Of a DNA stretch of 64,000 bases, positions 1 through 12,187 are shown in pieces. Where the stretch lies: assembly GCA_051362555.1 (NCBI GenBank), contig CM120648.1, forward strand, positions 20,332,587-20,396,586, given 5' to 3'. How positions within the stretch are numbered: the stretch's first letter is position 1; each line of letters begins with the position of its first letter. The notes beneath the pieces are model-generated. The model was given only the letters and a program-made list of their open reading frames with translations. It did not search any database and was not told the origin of the DNA. The position numbers and the translations under genes are program-made. This DNA is from Lingula anatina. Its lineage: Eukaryota > Animalia > Brachiopoda.

Positions 1-1489
1 TCAAAATCAAGATGGTTGCATGATGCTATTTTAGAAATTTGGTATTATTTACAATTTTTGGATTGTGTGACCTAATTACACTTGTTAAACATCAAATTGG
101 TACTATTCTGGGGACTGAAAAGTAAGTGGGCTTGCATTTGAATGGTGGTAATGAGTCGTCTTATCATGTTATGGAACTTTGCAAGTTGTGTGAATGTGGT
201 ATGTTAGGAACATGCAAATGGACTGTTTTGAACTAGCTTCAGACCTTGTCTGCGAAATCAACCAATCCCAGAAGTCCACAGCCAGTAGGAATTGAGAGCT
301 TTGTTCAGTGTCCTATAAGGAACATGTATTTAGAATACATTAAAATCCAGTTTCTAGAGAAACATTTAACTGCAAACTCCCGAGCCATGGTCTGTAGTCA
401 AGGAGAAGTCCTGAATATCCCCTTCGTCCAAACAGAGGAAGAACCGCTGTCATCAACTCTATTACCGCCAAGTGTGTCATCGAATGTGTGCCTGGTTTTT
501 TCTAATGAAAAGAAAATCCTTCTTCATGGTGTTGATGACAGACTTAGGGTTAAATATCATTCTTGCTAAAGGTGTTGTAGCTGTCACTCATGGTGGTGGT
601 TTGAAATTTCATTTACTAAGGGGTCAAACCAACTTTGTGATCTTAATGGAAAGGTGAATGCTTGTCCCTGCCGGCAAGTCCCTACGACAAAAGATGGTGC
701 CGTATACTATAATGCATTTTTTTCCAAAATGGCAATGCCCTACTTCACCGCGTCCACGCAACAAAAGTTTTCAATAAGCAAGATGTTGAGAAACTGGACT
801 GAAATGTTTATTTTTCTGATTTGAATCCCATAAAGCCTTTCATGAAAGTGAAATCTGTTGATCACAGAAGACTGATGTCTAGCACTGGATGAACTGGCGA
901 CGATGTTTTACTGAACAAAGTATCTGCTTGACGAAGGACCTGTACTAACTAATTACGAAAAGCCCTCTTTTCAACAGGCGATTGCATTGCATGCAAGTAC
1001 TTCATATCACAAAGTGGATGTATACAGGCAAAATTTTATTCGAGCAAATAGTTCCAAGTAACCCAGCGGGCAAAATATGTTGTTTTAATATTGAAACAAC
1101 GTTGAACCATAACGTTGATGACACGTTTGATTAACATTGGATTTGAAAGTTGACTCAACTTCAGATAACAACATTGTATCAACCCCAGTTGTTAGACAAC
1201 ATTCTTGCATGAAAAGACATTGAAATGACCTGAGGATAGGGTATAAAAGTATGGCCTTTAAGTTAAATCTCCAAGGTTTAGATTAAAATATATTTATTTC
1301 TTTTCTTATATATATAACATTGGTCAAAAAGGTTGTCCCACCCCCATTTCCATGTTCTTTTATTTACAAATGATCACCTCACAGCTGTAAATTTTTAGAA
1401 ATAGTGCTTTTTATTACACATAACGTGTCTAATGTGATTAATAGTTTAAAAAATACAAAATATACATTTTATACTATTTAGTAAAAATT

Positions 1490-3860
1490 ATAATAATAAT
1501 AATAATAATAATATTTATTTATAGTCTAAAATCCAACATGTGTTCAGTAGACTTTACAAAAATTATAAAATTCAAATTAAAAGAAAAATATTGCTAATGG
1601 TTATAAGATGAAAGGATATATAAAATGGATAAAAAAGGGGAAATTTAAAACGATGACTAAGAACAGTTTTTCTTAAGAAGTGTTTTTTTTTTTTTAGGAA
1701 TTTAAAGATAATATTGTTTAAAAAGGTGGGTTTTTAGTTCCTTTTTAAAATGTCCAGGGTCCACAATTTGTCTAAGACTGATGGGTAAAATATTCCATTC
1801 TTTTGGTGCTGCAAATTTAAAAGCTTTATCACCGTATGATACTAATCTTGCCTTATAAACCTTAAGAAGAAGGTGATCACCTGATCTGAGATTTCTTGAT
1901 GGCACATAGTGTGAAACAAGCTCATTTAAATAAGAAGGTGCAAGTTTATAAAATGCTGCATGTGCAAATGTTAAAAGTTTGAATAAAATGCGTGCTCGGA
2001 CAGGGAGCCAGTGCAACATCATTAAAACAGGAGTAATGTGGTTGTCTTTTGGAGTGCGGGTCAGTAGGCGAGCAGATATATTCTGTACACGCTGTAGCCG
2101 TTTGATTTGTTCCTCTGAAGATCCATAAAGAAGGGAGTTGCAGAAATCAAGTCTCGATGTAACCAGGGCATGTATAACTGTTGCTGTAGAAGAGTCGGTT
2201 AAATGTTTTCGTAAGGAACCAATGTTTCTAATATTGAACATACATGTTTTGGATACGTTGGAAATTTGCCTGTTCATGGACAATGTACTGTCAAAATAAA
2301 CTCCCAGATTTTTGGCGTGAGATGAGACTTGTACCACGCTGGCACCTGTTGACATGCTAAGACTGCGGGCAATGTTCTTATTGTGTGGTTGAGATATTAC
2401 TAGGAATTCAGTTTTCTCGTCGTTGATCTTGAGTTTGTTTCTGATCATCCACCCCCTTATATCAGAAATACAGTTGGCTATTTTAGTAATTGATGATTCA
2501 GGGTTTCTAATATTGCAGGATGTGTAAAGCTGAGTGTCATCAGCATAAATGTGATAACCAATCTCATGAAAACGAAGGATTGCACCAAGCGGTAAAGTAT
2601 AAATACAAAATATGAGTGGTCCTAACACACTGCCTTGTGGAACACCAAAGACAAGTTGAGCTAATTCAGAGAGAACTCCGTCCACGCATACTTGTTGTGA
2701 TCTGCCTGTGAGGTAAGAACGGAAAAGATTTAGTGCTGTATCTTTTATCCCAACAGTTTCTTCCAAAAATGACAGCAGTACCTGATGATCAACAGTGTCA
2801 AATGCGGCCGATAGGTCCAAGAGAACAAGTAACACAGCGGAGTGACTGTCGACCGCACATAGCAAATCATTTTTGATTCTAAGGAGTGCTGACTCGGTGC
2901 TATGATTCACCTTGTATGCCGACTGCATTTTCTCAACCAAGTTATTTGCATCTAAGTGATTGAACAATCTTGTGGCGATCACACGCTCTACCACTTTAGA
3001 CAGAAATGACAAGTTAGATACAGGTCGATAATTTTGCAAGAGTTCTGCATTTAGGTTAGGCTTTTTCAGTAGTGGACGGATAATTGCAGACTTAAACAAT
3101 TCAGGAAAATTCCCGGTTTTAAAGCAAATGTTTACAATGTGAGTTATGAGACCAATGATTGCAGGGAGAATCTGGGAGAGCAGAGTTGTCGGCATAGGGT
3201 CAAGGAGGCATGATGTCTTCTTAGATCTAGAAATGATTTTTGTCACCTCGTCTTCCGTTGCTTCCTCAAAGGCAGTAAGTAAGAGTGAAGGCTTCGGGAG
3301 AAGATAAGAGATCGGAGGATGTAATGGTGTTGCAACTGTCTTTTCTAATGATTCAAGTTCGCCATATATTTTACTGATTTTTGCGATGTAGAAAGATCCC
3401 ATGCTGTCAGCTAGGTCTTTCAAAGACGTTGAGGGTGGGTGCGCTACGCGTTTGTTCTTACCCATAAGACTATTAACAGTTGTAAACAATGCTTTTTGGT
3501 CACCGTCACACGCGTCTATCATCTCTGAATAATAAGTTTCCTTAGCTTTTTTGATAAGTTGGTTAACACGGTGACACTCCTCCTTGTAGCGCTGGTGGTG
3601 AATGGTTAATTTGCTTCTTCGCCACAGATTTTCTGCCTGTCTGCGATCCCTCTTTGCAGCAAGAATATCATCATTAATCCATGGTTGAAGGTCTCTCTGA
3701 ACCAGGGTTTTTGCTTTCAAAGGTGCCAACTGGTCCAATGACTGGGACAAAATTTGGTCGTAGTACATGACACATTCATTCGGATCACAGTTCAAGAAGT
3801 TCAGTTCCTTAATTTTGGTAGACACTAAGTTATGGAGTTCGCTGATGTACCCCTTCAACT
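1490..3860 (-). mobile_element. 5'-truncated L2/CR1-group LINE with 3' UTR and (ATT)n tail
   Basis: Reverse transcriptase ORF 1702-3858. AATAAA (plus-strand tttatt, ~1515) precedes an (ATT)n microsatellite tail at ~1490-1512. No endonuclease N-terminus is present. Confidence 0.9.
1702..3858 (-). CDS. LINE ORF2 reverse transcriptase (L2/CR1 group), N-terminally truncated
   Basis: Motifs NYRPVSNL, LDLSAAFDTVDH, GVPQGSVLGP, YADDTQLY and HITPVL..LHWLPV are in one uninterrupted 718-codon frame. Confidence 0.9.
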   Translation of the reverse strand: MKGYISELHNLVSTKIKELNFLNCDPNECVMYYDQILSQSLDQLAPLKAKTLVQRDLQPWINDDILAAKRDRRQAENLWRRSKLTIHHQRYKEECHRVNQLIKKAKETYYSEMIDACDGDQKALFTTVNSLMGKNKRVAHPPSTSLKDLADSMGSFYIAKISKIYGELESLEKTVATPLHPPISYLLPKPSLLLTAFEEATEDEVTKIISRSKKTSCLLDPMPTTLLSQILPAIIGLITHIVNICFKTGNFPELFKSAIIRPLLKKPNLNAELLQNYRPVSNLSFLSKVVERVIATRLFNHLDANNLVEKMQSAYKVNHSTESALLRIKNDLLCAVDSHSAVLLVLLDLSAAFDTVDHQVLLSFLEETVGIKDTALNLFRSYLTGRSQQVCVDGVLSELAQLVFGVPQGSVLGPLIFCIYTLPLGAILRFHEIGYHIYADDTQLYTSCNIRNPESSITKIANCISDIRGWMIRNKLKINDEKTEFLVISQPHNKNIARSLSMSTGASVVQVSSHAKNLGVYFDSTLSMNRQISNVSKTCMFNIRNIGSLRKHLTDSSTATVIHALVTSRLDFCNSLLYGSSEEQIKRLQRVQNISARLLTRTPKDNHITPVLMMLHWLPVRARILFKLLTFAHAAFYKLAPSYLNELVSHYVPSRNLRSGDHLLLKVYKARLVSYGDKAFKFAAPKEWNILPISLRQIVDPGHFKKELKTHLFKQYYL

Positions 3861-5302
3861 ACACTGTTTCACTGTGACTTCTACAGGTGTAAATAAATGC
3901 CTATTAAATTGAAAAGACTCCATCAAATGTCACCAAATCCACACACAATTAGCATTAAGGCGTGCTCCTTACAGATCACGTGCCTAATAGCGTGTGCGTC
4001 TCCCGCGTACTGCAATTATCTCCTGTAGACGGCGCGATAAGCCTTCAACACGGGTAACAATTCTGTTAAACAAGTTGGGGAGTTGATCCAACTCCAATGT
4101 ACTAATACCATAGGCTTGGAATGTTCTTCAAATGCGGACTGATCTAACACATCAGGCTACATTTTCCTACACACACCCTTCCAAGAGGCATTTTTTAACA
4201 TGTCTCTTTGATCATCGATGGGATACAAGAAATAATTTGATTCTGCATCAAAACCGAATTCCTTCCAGTGATGGATGGCCAGGTTCAGGTGACTGTGGGA
4301 TCACTGAACGTAGCATTCTCAGCTAAAACCTCACTCCATCATCAAGGACTGGCTTTTGGGTTAACTCTAGGCTTCATCGTGACTGCACACTTGCTCACAC
4401 CTCTCGCATGGCAAGTGTTTTTTGAAGAAACACAATGCTCTAAGGGTGGAACCACCATCTTTGAGCCCTGATATTAAACTTACTAATCAACTGTGACATG
4501 AATTGGAGTGTGCATTGCAAAGGAGAACCAACCCCATAAAAACGTGACCCAACGCAACTATGCCTGCTGGGTATTGAACGAGAGTAAAATATAAGTCGGC
4601 ACAGAAACCCTTATGCTGTTTGGGTGACGCCAACTTTGGGATGCCGGTATCGGTTTTACAACCACTGACCTCTAATTATTTCTGTTTATTTAACGTGTCA
4701 AATGCATGACTCAGCCTGTAATCAACACACGTGCCAAATAATATTACCCTCCAAGCGTCGCTTCCATTTACGCCCCCTTTGTTTGCGATCCTCCCCCTTA
4801 TATTGTCCATAAAGGGGGCGGATGGCGAGGCCTAGGCTACGATTGCGTGACTGTCAAGGAACTTTCTGTTTTAGCTGTACAAGTGCCCACGCTCGTGGTT
4901 ATCGAATGTTTGGACTGATAAAGCTGTAATTGGAGATACTAAATAAAATAAAATCATTGAGCACTAAAGAGGGGAATTTTCTGACAGTATGCCAATACCA
5001 GCTGATATTGTATTATTGATAACAACTGAGACATGATGAGACGTGTCTGTAAATATCAATTCTTCAACAATGAGGTGCACATAAACATTTCCATAGGCCT
5101 TCAAGTACGTACATGTACAATACTGAGATTCAAAATATAGTTCGATTAATCTAGTGCAGCACAGTCTTGTGAAGAGAAGGTGGGACTACGGATATAGATA
5201 TGGCTACGACAAAAACGATTAAGTTGTCTTATGTACGTCCCATTTAGAGGACAAATAATTGCGTTCAAACTTGTGAGATAAGGGACAATGCCGATTTATG
5301 TA

Positions 5303-5580
5303 CCGTATGTATGTGTGCATTTATTCCATCTAACATAAGATTATGTTAGATGGGAGTGTGATAGAGGGAGTGTGATAAAAGATTTTGACGGAATATAGTG
5401 ACTAGCCTAATCCTCTTGTCGCCTGGGTAGGCTTAGAGTACTTATGTATACAAAAGGTCTTCCATAGATAACTATCCTTTTGTTCAACAGCTTCGCGCGT
5501 GCAGCGGATTATGCATATAGTGACACTTTACAGCTAACTGTGAAAGCTGTTATTTGATTTATTCTGCTGTGTCGGACGTT
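5303..5580 (-). mobile_element. Diverged inverted copy of the right end of the 4.4-kb TA-target element
   Basis: TA-CCGT at 5301-5306. Positions 5400-5540 are the reverse complement of ~25680-25840 (e.g. ACTATCCTTTTGTTCAACAGCTTCGCGCGTGCAGC). Confidence 0.55.
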
Positions 5581-6236
5581 GTGGGCCATCCCAATGGTAC
5601 ATGCACTCATTCTTTTCTGAAGATTGGCGATGCATATTTTGAGTGCTTAAAGGATTTGCTTCATGCCGTCAGAATGGCCTGAACGGAACATATTCTTCAG
5701 AAAACATGCCCAACTAACGATATCTTTATCCAAATACACAAATTAAAAGCTCATTTTGTAAATTTTTGGCTTTAAAAAACGTCCTATTTGCTCGGCCTGA
5801 GAGTTAATGAGCTACGTTGTCACGTGGTCTGATGACGACAATCGAGCCACTGGAGAATAGAGCGTGCTTAGCTGTTAAACTGAGCTGCATTGTCTACCTG
5901 TAAGATGACTTCTCTGGCTTCTGATAAAAGTTTATACTCATTCAAATCTCTTACCCGAGGGGTCTAAATCCTCGTGAAGCTGTGTAAAACCATTTCCCGT
6001 CTAGTCAATGCTTGAACAAGCATTTAATCATGGTTATCCCAAGTTGTATAAAACACTGCATTTGAATGAGTTAAGGGAAATGTTGATTATTGCATATGAG
6101 GTCCATGTTATTTGTGAAATTCAATTTATTTTATTAAACCGCTGACACTCCGTCTTGCATACTTTTATTAAACTGAGGTAAACAATGCCGTTACATTTAC
6201 AAGTCCTATCTTAATCATCCATCTAACTGGAACTTC

Positions 6237-8011
6237 CAGAATGTTCGACTTTGATGTGGAAGGGCAGACTTTCCTGAAGCAAGTTAAGTGTTGGAAGTTT
6301 CTACGACGACTCATATTTTTAAGAGACACGAACGGAACCGCTATATCCCGGATGTAATGAACAAAAGCTGACTGGTGGGGCAAGACATGTTAACACATTT
6401 TTGAGAAAAAGTGCATATAAACTTCACGAGCAACGCAAAACCTAAGATATGCCCATACACAAGTTAAAATCAACCACCCTTTACATAAACCCCGCCAGCA
6501 AATCTGTTGATACACGTATTAGTGCGGTTTCAGGAAAGTGATCTACTGCGTTTTGTGATGTTAAGTAAACTAGTAATTAACCAGCGAGGGGTAGGTTAAC
6601 GATCAGGGGCGTAACCTGACCTTTTAGAATTGTAAGCACAGATTTTACAAAATTCCCAGGTACGGTTAAATGTAAATTTAGAATAAATTAAATTCGCCAA
6701 ATATCATAGCTCAGCTTTCACTAGTAATAAAATCATCAGTTAAAATTAAATACATTGTGGCTATTCAATTAAGTTCCATTACATCATTTCACCCAGAACC
6801 AAGCCTTTTTTCTGGGATTGAGATACAGGCTGTCCAAAATGGGTTGGGAGTGTGATGAAGTGAAAAAATATTTTATAAAATAATAAATTTCAATGGGAAG
6901 GGAGGGTTAATAACCATCGATAACGATCTGCCGCTGACACTCTTTTACGAACCAATTGCCATGAATGAATATGAAAATTGCCTTTTCGTCTCGCTTAGAT
7001 CGAGAACGATCTCCGGCTGACGATCTTCCACAAACGGAAGCTATTGAACGGATATAAGAATAGCATTATCGTTTCGCTCGGAATGCGAACGATCTCCCGC
7101 TGACGATACGAAACTTGCGTTCTCAACATGCTCTTTGGCTAACGAAGTATTTTTAGAATATATGAAAATTGCCTCCTCGTCTTTTCGGGTTGCAAACGAT
7201 CTCGCACTGAAAATTTGAAAATTGCCTTTTTGTCTATCAGCCTTGCCAGGTGCCGTATGTATGGAGGTCCGGAAGGTGTCACCTTTCATAATTTGGCAGT
7301 TTGTGTGTCATACGAATAATTAAAATGACTGCAATCTTATAACCCTACTGCGGTGTATCATGGTGTACGACTAGACAAATTATGAAAATTTATGCAGTTG
7401 TGATACATACACTATTTATTTCAAAATTGAAATTAAATACCTTGACAATGATAATTATAACTGTTAAATTTCTTAATTTTATAGTGCATCAAATTGAATA
7501 AACGCGAGTCGGGAAAGATAGTGCGTGATTTTTACTAGCGTGTTTCGCAAAAGCAAAATGTTCGTCATTTGAAATGTAAAAAAAAGTATTATAAAAGGTG
7601 GGATTATTCAAGGACCTTCAGTTATTATCTTTTTCTTCGTGGTTATTCAACAGTATAAAACAATTTGAGAGCATTTAACTCGAGAAATACGCGACGCGGG
7701 CTGCTATTGTTCTGACTCACAAAGGCCGGTATTTTCATCCCGCTCACCCCATCGGGTTTATCACCCTGTTTATCTAAATGTAAGGGCAGGAGTAGTTTTC
7801 TATTGATGATGGTGTCCTGCTCACAGTGGGTGGCTAAAAGCGAGCTGAGGATATTTAGGCCGAGTTAGAGTAGTATTTATCGCTGCTGGGTCCCAACGGC
7901 TTAAGGTTTAATTCCCTATAATTAACGCACCGATAATAGTCGTTTAACTACCATAAGGATTATAAACCAAGGCTATTAAAGTGTCCTCGAAATTAATCCT
8001 GTAGCTGTACC
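6237..8011. repeat. Left arm of 1775-bp inverted repeat (partner 12188-13962)
   Basis: Reverse-complement match at both ends, equal arm lengths, and identical 82-aa ORFs at 7041-7289(-) and 12910-13158(+). Confidence 0.95.
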
Positions 8012-8331
8012 ATGGATCTTTATATAGTTAAAACGCAGTACAGCATAGCGTAGCTGACTTATGTTACTCATTCACGAATTTTTTGAAAAGTATGATAGAA
8101 ATAAGATGAATAACCTATCAGATTTTATTGAAACCGTACACGTGTACATGTACAAAAGGTTACAAGGTATCTTCTTATTCTATCATAACAATAGCAAAAT
8201 ATCATGCTTAAATTATTAAACTGCATATTCGTTACCACTGTTATACATACAAAACAACGTCCGAAAAAATCAATTGCTAGTTTATGTCGTACAAGGAGAA
8301 TGATTCTGGTCAGCAGAATATTAAGTAAGGG

Positions 8332-9108
8332 GTGACTGCAGGACTTAGAATACTAAGTAACGTTTGACTGCAGGACTAAGAATACTAAGTAACGGTTGAC
8401 TGCAGGACTAAGAATACTAAGTAATAGGTGACTGCAGGACTTAGAATACTAAGTAACGGGTGACTGCAGGACTTAGAATACTAAGTAACGGTTGACTGCA
8501 GGACTTAGAATACTAAGTAACGGGTGACTGCAGGACTAAGAATACTAAGTAACGGGTGACTGCGGGACTTAGAATACTAAGTAACGGGTGACTGCAGGAC
8601 TTAGAATACTAAGTAACGGTTGACTGCAGGACTAAGAATACTAAGTAACGGGTGACTGCAGGACTAAGAATACTAAGTAACGGGTGACTGCTGGACTTAG
8701 AATACTAAGTAACACGACTGCAGGACTTAGAATACTAAGTAACGGGTGACTGCGGGACTTAGAATACTAAGTAACGGGTGACTGCAGGACTTAGAATACT
8801 AAGTAATGGGTGACTGCAGGACTTAGAATACTGAGTAACGGTTGACTGCAGGACTTAGAATACTAAGTAACGGGTGACTGCAGGGCTAAGAATACTAAGT
8901 AACGGTTGACTCAGGACTAAGAATACTAAGTAACGGGTGACTGCTGGACTTAGAATACTAAGTAACACGACTGCAGGACTAAGAATACTAAGTAACGGGT
9001 GACTGCGGGATTTAGAATACTAAGTAACGGTTGACTGCAGGACTAAGAATACTAAGTAACGGGTGACTGCAGGACTTAGAATACTAAGTAACGGGTGACT
9101 GCGGGACT
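8332..9108 (+). repeat. 32-bp minisatellite, ~24 copies (GTGACTGCAGGACTTAGAATACTAAGTAACGG)
   Basis: Periodicity seen directly. A single-copy relative lies on the minus strand at ~17064-17094. Confidence 0.95.
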
Positions 9109-10427
9109 TCTAGTCCCATGAAAAATGCCCATGGCACGCTTTCCTAGGAACGGGGGATTCAGGACACGCATTTCCTGGGCTTTATATCCGCATTACTTAG
9201 TGTCCGCATTCCTAGGGGAATGGCGGACAAACAGTATTTCAATACAAGTGTTCCTCTCTGCACTTTGCTGCTGACATTGGGCTGGCTCCAGGGGACATCA
9301 GGCTGCGACTCCTTAGGATCAAGGTCCCATTACATGTAGCTTCAGTTATTTTGGTAATGGTGATGTGGTTTTCGTGACATTGTGTGGACACACTTGGAAT
9401 TTGGCACTCCTGCCTCTTTTCATCTTATTCACATGAAGGTGAGGATTTCCTTTTGGGCCGCAACTGAAATTGATGCAAAACCTTAATTATTGATCAATAT
9501 GTATATATAAATGGCATTAATTGATTAAAAAAAAAATAATATCAACCTCCAGTGAGCCGAATTCCATAAGGACGTGGGCCACAGGTCTCATACCATACAG
9601 ATTTTGATGACAAGTCATCTGAGTTATGTTTTGTTTATTTTATAAAGCTTTAACTTTTCGATTTTTCATTTACTTGCACCTGAAAACAGTTTTAATCGTA
9701 GAAGGGACACATAAAGGACGCCGTCCAGTGTGAAGGGGGATTTAAGAACAGAAAATGGGAGATTGAAAATCTCCTGCAGTCAAATCCACGTCTTGCAAAG
9801 CTTCTTATACTTTCCAACTCAGACTGTGAAGACAAGACAACCCTTAAAATAAAAGTTACCTTAATTGTGTCGTCATTATCATTTAAGTCTGCCGTGGGTA
9901 GCCATTTGCGGAAGAGGGTCGCAATCCCCCCCCCCCAAAAAAAAATAAAATAAAATAAAATAAAATAAAATAAAATAAATAAATAAAAACATCATTTAGT
10001 ATGAAAACGACACAATGTGCGTGATTGCAGATGTCGTTAAATAACTGGGTAGTCTTTTTAAACTAAACTATCAAATTCAATATGGAATAAAACATCGAAT
10101 CCAAGTGTAGGGTCGTCAAGCAATAACTTGTGAGTAGGAAAAAATGCTCTTTACACCAGGAAAATTCATTTTGGCCGGGAAATTCCACGGATTCGACCTT
10201 TAACCAATGAATTACTTTTAAAATGTGCTATTATGAACGATCCCATCGACTGATGCATTGGATTGGTAACAGATCAAAATATATGTTACGTATGGCACCT
10301 GAAGTTCTGTTGCTTGAATAAAATCATTAATGATCGAATAATGTTTTTTTACGGATTTTCGTTACTCGAAATAAACCAATGGTGTTTTAAGTCCAAATAT
10401 AGTACGTGCGTTATCGGTGCTGCGTTA

Positions 10428-11095
10428 AGCCTCGGTCACAACCGGGATCGTACGTCCCCTGCGATTTTTAGGTGTTGCGGAGGCTGTGGAGGTCGTAGAG
10501 GTAGAGGAAAGTCTGCCTTGCGAGTCGCGACGTTGCGACGTTCACTGATGACGTACTGTCGGCGTACGTCAGTTTTGTTTCCTGTTCTCCTCTTCTTTCT
10601 TCTTCCTCCTCCTTTTTTCTACTATGTAAGTTTCTTTCTCTTGCCTTTTGGAGGCATATTAGAAACTAAGTTGAGCAAAAATTTTGAAAATTGTTGTACA
10701 CGTTGCACAAACGACGTTCACTGTAAAGACACGAACGTGAGCATGCCTTTTATACACCAGGCGTGGGGGTGACGCACGTGCGACGCATTACCGGTGTGCT
10801 CTCGACTTTGTTCGTTAGTTGTGAGGGCGTGTGCTTTACTCAACACGCAAAGGGCACTTGCTCCTTCATTGCTTGCGACGTGCGTCTTGCACAACGCGCG
10901 TCTCTCTTGCTAACTCCGTGCGAGGGGAGCAAGTTACGCTTGCGGCCTCGCTGTTTGCAGGCTATTCGTAAAATCATCCGTACGTGCTTACGGGGTGTCT
11001 GCGAACTCAGAATTGCGTAAGAAGGACTTGCGTGGGACGTGCGATTCTGCGTAAAATTTGGACGCAAACAGCCCGTAAGAGCCCACACCGAGGCT
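10428..11095. mobile_element. PIF/Harbinger-type MITE
   Basis: AGCCTCGGT...ACCGAGGCT terminal inverted repeats, with TTA on both sides (10425-27 and 11096-98). The interior is GC-rich and non-coding. Confidence 0.7.
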
Positions 11096-11730
11096 TTAGC
11101 GTAGGGGCAATCGCATTCCTTGTTCTTTCCTTATATCGTGTTTTTTTACTGATCTTATAATTACATGATAGTTTGGAGGCCACAAACTGTAACACATGGC
11201 CCACTTTTCAACAACTACTTGTAAATATAAAGTTCAACCGACGATATCTCAAGAGTATAAAAATTAAGATATGTTAAAATTTCTACCAGACGACATAAAG
11301 TGGACGTATACTGATACACATAAATACTCACCAATTGCCAGACATGAGAATGGAGGAAACGGCTCCTCTGAGGGTCTTCACTCTAAAAAACCTGTCAACT
11401 ACTCAGATCTGGAGCGATTTGATGGCTGCCTAATAATGTGTGTATGAACCCCTTTGAAGCTGAAGTGTGACGGTGACGTGTCGGCGATTCTGCCACCTCA
11501 TCGGGCAAGGCCAGTAATTAAACGGTCCTCCAAGGAGACCATTATCATGTACTTTAATATGGAATTGTTTAAACCTATCTTTCTTGAATGACCACGTGAC
11601 GTGCTGTGATAACGTCATAGATATGGCATCAGGATTCCACTCAAAGTTTGATCTATACTTGGAGGAACAGACATCCAGGGTGGATTCGATTTCGATGACT
11701 AGTCTCGCTAATGGGATCTCTCGATGCATG

Positions 11731-11915
11731 TTACAAATGTACTTTCTTCCATTTCACTCCTATTCTGCATAAGGGACATTTCTTCAATTTTAACCCGCAA
11801 GACTCACACGCTACCATGTGGAAACAAGGTATAAAAACCCCTTCGCAGTCTGCATCGAAGCAAATTTTGCACTGTTTTTCCTTTTTTAAGGATTCGTTCT
11901 CGCCTTTTACGTAAT
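11731..11915 (-). CDS. Terminal exon encoding an IAP/XIAP-type C3HC4 RING finger (upstream exons unresolved; may be a pseudogene)
   Basis: A tttacag acceptor is followed by DYVKGENESLKKEKQCKICFDADCEGVFIPCFHMVACESCGLKLKKCPLCRIGVKWKKVHL*, which matches the EN.LK.E..CKIC.D....VF.PC.H...C..C......CP.CR pattern. Confidence 0.75.
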
Positions 11916-12187
11916 CTGTAAACGGTAAGCATAATAAAACTATAATGCTCATATTTATCTTTGTAAAAGTAACAATGAGCAGATCACATTGGATAGCGAT
12001 TGGTTAATATTGTCTTATACTGTTTTGATATAGTAATTAATGTACAACTCCTTGGTGTAAAAACTTTTGTCAATGCAGTGTGTGAAACACGTATGTTTAG
12101 ATACCTAAAGGTTCGGGAGTTTAATGGTTTATTTGTTATGGAAATTAAAGGACCAAGACACAAACAGCTTATGAGATGCTTGGTGAA

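Larger units (their letters stand above)
1062..4571. mobile_element. Non-autonomous TIR element (CCCAG...CTGGG termini) hosting a LINE insertion
   Basis: ACCCAGCGGGCA at 1061 is the near-perfect reverse complement of TGCCTGCTGGGT ending at 4572. Its flanks (~900-1056 and ~4575-4605) join into sequence that is contiguous in the 4.4-kb element at ~25190-25350. No clean TSD. Confidence 0.55.

Noticed and set aside
246-657. 107-aa and 61-aa ORFs at the window start
   Set aside because: Non-ATG starts, no recognisable homology and no convincing exon structure.
8332-9108. CRISPR-like 29-32-bp repeats (also 32518-34627 and 38441-39014)
   Set aside because: The units are head-to-tail with no unique spacers, there are no cas genes, and the context is eukaryotic.
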